This document shows positions 1-6,715 of a stretch of 17,383 nucleotides of DNA, piece by piece. The notes beneath the pieces were generated by a model, which was not told the DNA's origin, ran no database searches, and was given only the letters and a program-made list of their open reading frames with translations. This DNA comes from a bacterium. Lineage in GTDB: Bacteria > Zhuqueibacterota > Zhuqueibacteria > Oceanimicrobiales > Oceanimicrobiaceae. The translations under genes and the position numbers were made by a program. Numbering within the stretch: position 1 is the first letter of the stretch; each line of letters opens with the position of its first letter. The DNA is taken from contig JBHIAC010000062.1 in NCBI GenBank assembly GCA_046758365.1, positions 1 through 17,383 of the forward strand, in the 5' to 3' direction.

Positions 1-20
1 CGGAGGATGGTAAAAATAAT

Positions 21-227
21 ATGGATCCATCAACAAAAATCGTATTAGGAATGATATTTGGATCTATTGGAATGGGCTATATAGTTTATGGAAAAAAACA
101 ACAAGGAGGTATTGCTTTTCTTTCAGGCTTTGCTCTTGTAGCTTATCCATATTTTGTTCCAAATGTGGTTTTAGGAATTCTGATCGGGCTAGTTTTTATG
201 GCACTGCCTTTCGTAATAAAATATTGA
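21..227 (+). CDS. Small hydrophobic membrane protein (68 aa), probably cassette-borne
   Basis: Intact ORF with 2-3 hydrophobic segments (FGSIGMGYIVYGKKQ...YPYFV); GGAGG at 2-6; lies upstream of the attC-like site at 358. Confidence 0.8.
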   Translation: MDPSTKIVLGMIFGSIGMGYIVYGKKQQGGIAFLSGFALVAYPYFVPNVVLGILIGLVFMALPFVIKY

Positions 228-243
228 TTAAGGAGAAATAGAT

Positions 244-348
244 ATGGGAGATAAAGGGAAAAAAGATAAGGGTAAGAAAGAAAAACAAAAAAAGGCTAAA
301 CTTACCCTTAAGGAAAAACGCAAACAGAAAAAAGAGAAAAATAATTAA
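244..348 (+). CDS. Small Lys-rich basic protein (34 aa), below the ORF-track cutoff
   Basis: Translated by hand: MGDKGKKDKGKKEKQKKAKLTLKEKRKQKKEKNN*. Strong RBS AAGGAG at about 230-235; stop lies 9 bp before the attC-like site. Confidence 0.7.
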   Translation: MGDKGKKDKGKKEKQKKAKLTLKEKRKQKKEKNN

Positions 349-357
349 GAATAAAAA

Positions 358-460
358 GCATAACTAATCAATGCACCGGACCTCCTTTCGCAGCGGGTCA
401 CCTGTAAGGCGGTGTCGGGCTAAACGCTCAAGTAGGCCGGTGATCTCTTAGCTGCTAATA
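358..460 (+). mobile_element. attC-like integron cassette recombination site, right core degenerate
   Basis: R'' GCATAAC at 358-364. ATGCACCGGACCT (371-383) pairs with AGGCCGGTGAT (434-444), leaving two unpaired bases (G373, A380). The right core reads GCTAATA (454-460) instead of GTTRRRY, with a slightly long spacer. Confidence 0.7.
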
Positions 461-585
461 ATGTCTCATATCATATATTGATAATAGCAATATGCCTAAG
501 GTTCAATTTATAAAATGGATTTAAAATATAAATCTTATTTAGAAAAATATAAATAATCGTTAAATGTATTAAAAAGGTAAATATT

Positions 586-993
586 ATGGAAAAGATAATT
601 TGGAATAATAGTTTTAGTGTTGGAGTTCGGAAATTAGATGAACAACATAAAAAGATAATTAAAATATTAAACAAATTGATTGAAACCAAAGACTCCACAG
701 TCGATTCAGAAATTATTTCTGATACTTTAACTGAAATGACAAAATATGCTTCAGAACATTTTGAATCTGAAGAAAAATTAATGAGTGAATATAATTATCC
801 AGATTATTCATTGCATAAAGAACAACATAAGCAATTTAAGGAAAAGACAGTTACATTTTGTATGGATGCAATGTCTTATAAAGCAACTATCCCAATTGAA
901 ATTTTAACATTTTTAAAGGAATGGTGGATAAATCATATTCTTGAATCAGATATGAAATATAGGACGTTCTTTTCTCAACTGGGACTAAGCTGA
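586..993 (+). CDS. Bacteriohemerythrin (single-domain hemerythrin)
   Basis: W-x4-SVGV-x2-LDEQH, HFESEE, HKEQH and W-x2-NHI-x2-SD di-iron ligand motifs; AAAAGG upstream. Confidence 0.95.
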   Translation: MEKIIWNNSFSVGVRKLDEQHKKIIKILNKLIETKDSTVDSEIISDTLTEMTKYASEHFESEEKLMSEYNYPDYSLHKEQHKQFKEKTVTFCMDAMSYKATIPIEILTFLKEWWINHILESDMKYRTFFSQLGLS

Positions 994-1051
994 ATTTGTA
1001 AATCATATATTTATATTTCATAAAAGTATTATAAGTTACTTTAAAATAAGC

Positions 1052-1183
1052 AGCTAACAAATGGCTCAAGCTGACCACAGGGGCTGTGCTTTAAATTGAG
1101 TTTTGGTGCACCGCATAAAATCATTTTAATTCTGAACGTTCTGTGTCCCGCAAGCCTGTGGCGGCTTAGCCAAATCGTTAACT
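1052..1183 (+). mobile_element. attC integron cassette recombination site (132 bp)
   Basis: R'' AGCTAAC (1052-1058) and R' GTTAACT (1177-1183). GGCTCAAGCTGACCACAGG (1063-1081) pairs with CCTGTGGCGGCTTAGCC (1155-1171), with extrahelical C1067 and A1074. Spacers are canonical 5/6 nt, and the site lies 58 bp after the hemerythrin stop. Confidence 0.88.
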
Positions 1184-1418
1184 TTAAGCATATTCAATGC
1201 ACCGATTAAGCAACAATAATCGAAGATACAGAATAGTCGTTTCAGTAATCGTAGTACCCAAAGATAATATTTTTGCTTGATTTCCACAAAGATAGTACAT
1301 ATTTTATAAGTCAAAGATGTGTAACGCTGAGAGAAAAAGGATATCATTTGATTTTGGTCATGCTTGATTTTTTAGATTGAAAATAAAATAGAAAACAAAG
1401 TTAGAAGAGGTCTTCAAT

Positions 1419-1637
1419 ATGAGTGAAGTTACAATACAATTACCGCCAGAAGTGCAAAAAGATGAGGCCAAATTATTACTAATGATAAAACTATTTGAGA
1501 CAGGAAAACTTTCCCTTGGTCAAGCCGCAAAGTTTTCAGGATATTCAAAACGTGCCTTTATGGAATTACTTGGCAAATATGGAGTGCCTGTAATCAACTA
1601 TCCTGCTGAAGACTTAGAGCAGGAGATGAATTTATGA
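1419..1637 (+). CDS. UPF0175-family protein, putative antitoxin
   Basis: KLFETGKLSLGQAAKFSGYSKRAFMELLGKYGVP is the typical UPF0175 HTH pattern; GAGG RBS; ATGA overlap with the downstream PIN gene. Confidence 0.9.
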   Translation: MSEVTIQLPPEVQKDEAKLLLMIKLFETGKLSLGQAAKFSGYSKRAFMELLGKYGVPVINYPAEDLEQEMNL

Positions 1638-2089
1638 ACGAAAATGCGATGAGTAATAGTTCTTGTCTCATAGCATTGGAAAAAATAGGACATTTAGATT
1701 TACTGTCCAAAAGTTTTGACACCGTAAATATTCCGCCTGCTGTACAAAGTGAATTGGGTCAAAAAGTAAGTTGGCTTCTCGTTAAATCAGTTCAGAATAA
1801 AGCTGTAGTAAATTCATTAAAGACACAAATTGATGATGGTGAATCCGAAGCGATTGCACTGGCGATGGAATTAGGGAATGTCTTCCTAGTGCTCGATGAT
1901 AAAAAAGCTCGGCGCATCGCAAAGCAACTTGGGCTTAAAATTATCGGAACAGTTGGTATGCTATTACGCACTAAAAAGAAAGGCATAGTTACTGAAATCA
2001 GGCCGATATTAGATGCTCTTCAAGAAGTAGATTTTAGAATTAGTGATACGCTTTATCAAGAAGCATTACAATTAGCGAAAGAAGCATAA
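1634..2089 (+). CDS. DUF3368-type PIN-domain protein, putative toxin
   Basis: SNSSCLIAL, IPPAV, DDGESEAIALA, LDDKKARRIA and IGTVGMLL motifs typical of DUF3368/PIN proteins; translationally coupled to the UPF0175 gene. Confidence 0.9.
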   Translation: MNENAMSNSSCLIALEKIGHLDLLSKSFDTVNIPPAVQSELGQKVSWLLVKSVQNKAVVNSLKTQIDDGESEAIALAMELGNVFLVLDDKKARRIAKQLGLKIIGTVGMLLRTKKKGIVTEIRPILDALQEVDFRISDTLYQEALQLAKEA

Positions 2090-2332
2090 GCGCAAATTTT
2101 TTGGTACCGTCGTCACACCCTTGGGCCAAATCACTACCTGTCAGGATTTAATGTGGTCATTAGCATCAAGTGAGCCGTTCGGAAACCTTAACAAATAAAA
2201 TTCTTATCTATATGCAATAATTATAGTATTTTTTAGGATGTAAATTAACAGCTCAGAATTAGTAAAAAAACCGCCATTCAGTAGGTAAAGCAAGAAAAAG
2301 TCAGGGTGCTCGAATAAACACAACCAAAGTAA

Positions 2333-2473
2333 TCACTTCTTAAACATCTTGAAAACGAATTAGATGATTTTAAAAAAGAGGTTCAGTTAGAATTAGATCT
2401 AATGAAAACTACAAGCAGAAACTTTCTGGCTGCATGTGGATTTATTGATTTATCTTTATGTCAAAGTTCTTAA
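2333..2473 (+). pseudogene. Start-less coding relic (46 codons)
   Basis: Open frame SLLKHLENELDDFKKEVQLELDLMKTTSRNFLAACGFIDLSLCQSS* with protein-like helical composition; preceded by an in-frame TAA. Confidence 0.3.
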
Positions 2474-2511
2474 GAATAGAATTTGAAGGAAAGTAAATGA
2501 ATTGCTAGACC

Positions 2512-2538
2512 CTCCGCGTTCTCTGCGATCTCGGTGGT
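2512..2538. repeat. Three degenerate 9-mer tandem units
   Basis: CTCCGCGTT / CTCTGCGAT / CTCGGTGGT, lying between the convergent TA and GT2 genes. Confidence 0.55.
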
Positions 2539-2570
2539 AAATAACTAAGTGGCACATTGGGGCAAAATAA

Positions 2571-3404
2571 TTACAATGATTCTTTTGTTAATAAATTTCG
2601 CTTAATTTGATAATAAAAATCTGCTTCCACCTTCTTTTCACGCTTTCTAAATCCTTGTTCTAATATTCGACACTTTTCGATAAGTTTTTTTACGACCAAT
2701 TTCCTTTGTTTGATGGTTAACGCGTCCTTTTCTAACAATTTCAGCAAAGCTTGCACTCGATACCGGTCACTTCCCCATTGTGCAGAAAGTTGGTCTGGAT
2801 AGCCTCCTCGTTTAATAATCAGTTTCTGTGGGATAAAATGAAATGGAAAATGCAGAGACGCCCTGAGCCAGAGATCATAATCTTCGCATTGTGGGAGACT
2901 TTCATCAAAAAATCCGACTTTGTCAAAAAATTCTTTTCTCATAAGCACCGACGATGGACTTATGATGCAAAGCGGTAAACAGCGTTCAAAGATCCAGCCA
3001 GAATATTTTTGGTGCTTCTTGCGCTGATTTACCCGAACGCCTCGGCGAATCCATATCTCATCAGTGTAGCAGACCATAGCATCGGGATGCGATTTCATAA
3101 ATTCGATTTCCACTTTCAGCTTGTCTTTATGCCACAAATCATCCGAATCCAGAAATGTAATAAACTCTCCCTTGGCTTCACGAATTCCCCGATTTCTTGC
3201 AGAGCTTGGACCACCGTTCTTTTTATATATATATTTTACTTGCTTTCCCAGCTCTAAGGCATAGTCGCTCGTTCCATCCGTAGAGCCATCATCCACCAGA
3301 ATTAATTCAAAATTTTGATAGGTCTGATTTAAAACAGATTCAACCGCCTCCATTAAAAACTGGAGTCGATTGTAAGTGGGAATGATTACGCTTGTCTCAA
3401 TCAT
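2571..3404 (-). CDS. Family 2 (GT-A) glycosyltransferase
   Basis: SVIIPTYNR, LVDDGSTDGT, GPSSARNRG, FLDSDD and EDYDLWLR motifs. ATG at 3404 is preferred over the TTG at 3422. Confidence 0.96.
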   Translation of the reverse strand: MIETSVIIPTYNRLQFLMEAVESVLNQTYQNFELILVDDGSTDGTSDYALELGKQVKYIYKKNGGPSSARNRGIREAKGEFITFLDSDDLWHKDKLKVEIEFMKSHPDAMVCYTDEIWIRRGVRVNQRKKHQKYSGWIFERCLPLCIISPSSVLMRKEFFDKVGFFDESLPQCEDYDLWLRASLHFPFHFIPQKLIIKRGGYPDQLSAQWGSDRYRVQALLKLLEKDALTIKQRKLVVKKLIEKCRILEQGFRKREKKVEADFYYQIKRNLLTKESL

Positions 3405-3417
3405 ATTGTCTAATATA

Positions 3418-3506
3418 TTCAAATTAGAAAATTATGTCAAGAAATGCTGTTGTGGCTATTGGTATTTTGAATTTGACATTTGTTTGTAATTTGGCGACTT
3501 GGATTT
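3418..3506. repeat. Degenerate short-unit (ATTTG-like) imperfect inverted repeat
   Basis: TTCAAATT...ATGTCAA versus TTGAATTTGACATTTGTTTGTAATTTGG...TTGGATTT. Confidence 0.4.
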
Positions 3507-3644
3507 AAACTTCAGTACCAAAAAAGAGGATATTTACCCCACAGAATTTAATATAGAATATGATTTTTAGTTCTTGGCTCTTGGATCTAAAAATTCTTAC
3601 GAATAATATTTTTTTCTCGACAAATTTAATTTATAGTTATATAT

Positions 3645-3850
3645 TTGATATGGGGATCAGTAGCATTCCGTACAATAAGGGATTTAGCAATTCTCCCATT
3701 GCTTGCAGAAAAAGCCAAGAAGCGAGTGGCAACTTTTACACTTCAAACGGAGGTCTGGTTCGCAACTGAATCTGATTTTATTGCTAAATATCATGATGAA
3801 AAATTCAAAGGAGGAAGCCTTTTAAATTCATTATTATCAATGATAACAAA
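3645..3850 (+). pseudogene. Possible decayed four-helix-bundle (23S rRNA IVS/S23-like, TIGR02436) gene
   Basis: LAEKAKKR...QTEVWFATESDFI...LLSMITN loosely resembles the family pattern LAEAWRKR...ETQVWLxFAxxCGY...LVxMIN as I recall it; short repeat tracts lie upstream. Resemblance by eye only. Confidence 0.3.
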
Positions 3851-6090
3851 TGAGGAAAGAATCAATAAAATATTTTTTAAGCATTGTGTTCTGCCTTCAA
3901 TCGCATTGTTACAGCATTCTCTATGCATTTAATGAGAGCAAGATATTAGAAGAAGAGAATAAGCTGCCATATGTGCAAGCGTTAATATTAAGTGAAGAGC
4001 AGGTAGAAGAGATGCAAATCGACGGTTGGCTAACTGAACAAGTCTGGCAGAGCGCTGAGGTAGCGAACGGCTTTCGTCAGCGTGAACCACATGAAGGTGC
4101 TCCAGCTACCGAGGAAACCGTGGTAAGGGTACTTTATGACCAAAGCACGCTTTACATTGGCGTTATGGCCCGAGACCGCCATTCCGATAAAATCATAGCC
4201 CGCATCCTTCAACGCGATAAGATAATGCAAGCGAATTTTGACAGAAAGCCGATATTTTCTGGGGACGATGCCGTTGCCATCCTATTGGACCCATTTCACG
4301 ACCATCGTAATGCCGTAGTCTTTGCGACCAATCCAAACGGTGCAGAGTTTGATGCCTTAATTAGTGACGAGGGTCGTGAGTTCAACATAGATTGGCGTGC
4401 CGTGTGGTGGGTAGCGGCGAGGCGTATTCCCGAGGGCTGGTCCGCTGAGATCGCCATTCCATTTCGCTCTTTGCGTTATCCCTCGAATCCAGACAACCAG
4501 CCTTGGGGATTCAACATCTATCGCATAATACGCCGCAAAAATGAGGAGGTGCTCTGGAGTGCCTGGTCACGAGACAACGAGGGCTTTGCTCGCGTGAGCC
4601 GGGCCGGTCACCTCTATGGCATGATAGACCTTCCACGCCAAAGCTTTAATTTAGAAATTAAACCATTTGCGCTATCTGGGATTACCAGGGAAGTGGAGGA
4701 AACTGCCAGCCTCGATACCAACCCGCGGCTGGATGCGGGCCTCGATGTAAAATGGGAAGTACGACCGGGTCTATTGCTAGACCTCACATTAAACACCGAC
4801 TTTGCGCAGGTCGAGGTTGATGATGAGCAGGTGAACCTTACTCGGTTCGATCTCTTCTTTCCAGAGAAACGCGACTTCTTCCTCGAGAACGCAGGCATAT
4901 TCGAGTTCGGCGTCCGCGGTTTCTTTGAGCCTCCCCCCTTTCTTCTTTTCTTCTCGCGTCAAATTGGGATTTCCGAAGACGGTGTGGTGCCGGTGGTCGG
5001 AGGGGCAAGGCTCACAGGACGGATAGGTAAGCAGACAGTTGGACTGCTAAATGTGGTGACCGACCGTGCTTTCGAAGAACCGCGCACCAACTTTGCGGTC
5101 GCGCGCATAAAACGCGATGTAGGCAGCAATAACTATGTAGGTGCCATGCTAACTGACAGGCGTTCCAAAGACGCATGGAACCATGCCATGGGTCTCGATT
5201 GGTCTATCTGGCCAATTAAACCACTAAACATCCAAGGGTTTGTGGCCAGGACTTTCACCTCAGGAGCTGGCGGCAATGATAATGCTTACCGTGTGAGTGT
5301 TGACTACCAGACCAACCAATTGGGATTTACCGGTCAGCACCTCGTGATTGGACCAGAAACCAATGCCGAAATGGGATTTATCACGCGCAACGATATCCGT
5401 CGTACTGTCGGCTTCATACGGGTGACTCCGCGTCCTCGGGTGCTCGGCTTGCGACTCATCAATTTCTATTGGAGTGGAGAGTACATTACTCGAGTGAATG
5501 GGGAGATTCAAGACTGGAGCACAGGTACAGTTGTTATGTTTGAGTGGAATTCTGGTGAAAACTTTGGAGTCTTTTTTTCAGATGGATTTACCCGTTTAAA
5601 TGAAGGGTTTGAGTTAACCGACCACATTGAAGTGCCAATTGGAGATTATGACCTCTGGCAACTGGGTTGGTTTGGCAGCACAAGCCGCAATCGTACAATT
5701 GTGTTAGGTACACAAGGATCGCTGCAGGGCTTTTTTGATGGGCAGCTTTTCAGTCTTGGGAGCACGCTTAGCCTGGCATTCGGCTCGAACCTTTCCCTCA
5801 GCCTCGGCTACACACACAACGCTGTGGACATACCCGCTGGAACGTTCAATGCTGACCTCGGATCGCTGCGCTTATCTTATGAGTTTTCGACACGGCTGGT
5901 GGCGAATGCATTACTGCAGTACAACAGCCTGGACAAAACTCTTTCGGCCAATGTGCGGTTGAATTTTGTGCATCGACCAGGGAGTGACCTGTTCATTGTA
6001 TTTAATGAACAACGCGGCTCTGAAACATCTATTTGGGACCTTGAAAGTCGTGGCCTGGTAGTCAAACTCACATATCTAAAGCGGCTCTAA
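3850..6090 (+). CDS. Secreted/outer-membrane protein with CBM9-like (DOMON) N-domain and DUF5916-type C-terminal region
   Basis: Signal-like N-terminus; IDGWLTEQVW, GWSAEIAIPFRSLRY, NTDFAQVEVD and NLTRFDLFFPEKRDFFLE motifs; alternating beta-strand C-terminus. Confidence 0.88.
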   Translation: MRKESIKYFLSIVFCLQSHCYSILYAFNESKILEEENKLPYVQALILSEEQVEEMQIDGWLTEQVWQSAEVANGFRQREPHEGAPATEETVVRVLYDQSTLYIGVMARDRHSDKIIARILQRDKIMQANFDRKPIFSGDDAVAILLDPFHDHRNAVVFATNPNGAEFDALISDEGREFNIDWRAVWWVAARRIPEGWSAEIAIPFRSLRYPSNPDNQPWGFNIYRIIRRKNEEVLWSAWSRDNEGFARVSRAGHLYGMIDLPRQSFNLEIKPFALSGITREVEETASLDTNPRLDAGLDVKWEVRPGLLLDLTLNTDFAQVEVDDEQVNLTRFDLFFPEKRDFFLENAGIFEFGVRGFFEPPPFLLFFSRQIGISEDGVVPVVGGARLTGRIGKQTVGLLNVVTDRAFEEPRTNFAVARIKRDVGSNNYVGAMLTDRRSKDAWNHAMGLDWSIWPIKPLNIQGFVARTFTSGAGGNDNAYRVSVDYQTNQLGFTGQHLVIGPETNAEMGFITRNDIRRTVGFIRVTPRPRVLGLRLINFYWSGEYITRVNGEIQDWSTGTVVMFEWNSGENFGVFFSDGFTRLNEGFELTDHIEVPIGDYDLWQLGWFGSTSRNRTIVLGTQGSLQGFFDGQLFSLGSTLSLAFGSNLSLSLGYTHNAVDIPAGTFNADLGSLRLSYEFSTRLVANALLQYNSLDKTLSANVRLNFVHRPGSDLFIVFNEQRGSETSIWDLESRGLVVKLTYLKRL

Positions 6091-6130
6091 AGAAGCTTCA
6101 AGCGTCCTTTGAATGAATTAAAATTTTTTC

Positions 6131-6159
6131 TTGACAAACTTGTAATTATTTAACATATT
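6131..6159 (+). promoter_or_regulatory. Sigma70-type promoter
   Basis: Perfect TTGACA (6131-6136), 17 bp spacer, CATATT (6154-6159); inverted repeat ATTTTAG-N5-CTAAAAT at 6181-6199. Confidence 0.55.
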
Positions 6160-6217
6160 TTAATTAAAGATCATCTATAAATTTTAGTACTGCTAAAATC
6201 TCGCAAAAAAAATAATA

Positions 6218-6390
6218 ACTAAAGGGAAAAAGGACCGTTTCATTCACCTGTCCGATGGTATCTTAGAAGCGTTTAGACCCTACTAATTTTCCTACAAACC
6301 CAAGGAATGGTAATCTCCGACCATGATAGCAAAAGGCACTAATTTTCGGGGCATCGGAAGCATCTTACGAAAAGGCAGTAATTTGTAATA
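6218..6390 (+). pseudogene. Decayed tyrosine recombinase (integron-integrase/Xer-like) fragment
   Basis: Frame from 6218 reads TKGKKDRFIHLSDGILEAFRPY*FSYKPKEW*, with ...YEKAV further on. This matches the KGxKDR catalytic-Lys hairpin and the LRxY...YKPKEWLF region. Two in-frame stops; no HxLRH box visible. Confidence 0.7.
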
Positions 6391-6466
6391 AGTTTTAATT
6401 CCCAGCGCGGTGAAGCCGCAAATTTGAGCACTGTTGAGGGCTTTGAACATTAAATCATTTACCGTT

Positions 6467-6548
6467 AAAGGGTATAAGGGAATAAGGTATAAGGTTTAGC
6501 AGTCATGTAAGATAAGTAATCCTTATATCCCTATATCCTTATTTCCTT
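6467..6548. repeat. Imperfect inverted repeat built of about 8-nt ATAAGG-containing units
   Basis: AAAGGGTATAAGGGAATAAGGTATAAGGTTTA (6467-6498) versus TAATCCTTATATCCCTATATCCTTATTTCCTT (6517-6548). Confidence 0.8.
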
Positions 6549-6715
6549 GTTGCCGTGCAGCCCCTTTTGGACAAAATTTTTTTGCACAAAAAACAAAGAT
6601 TTGACTGATAATACTATAACACAGTCCCTTTTTAATTTATGGAAGCATTTTGAGGAGGCTTGAGCTAACCAGAATGTGATTTCTCGTTATGACTTCATAA
6701 ACTGGAGGTTATGTC

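Noticed and set aside
471..1347. Minus-strand ORFs 471-698, 887-1078 and 1126-1347
   Set aside because: They are antisense to hemerythrin or run through the attC, with low-complexity AT-driven composition.
2090..2570. attC after the TA pair
   Set aside because: No AAC...GTT pair enclosing a stem with extrahelical bases was found by eye.
6200..6460. Riboswitch or structured ncRNA in the leader of the 720-aa gene (TCCGATG/CATCGGA pairing, AAAAGGCA-TAATTT repeats)
   Set aside because: I could not match fluoride, c-di-GMP or other known consensus motifs, and the stretch is better explained as a decayed recombinase reading frame.
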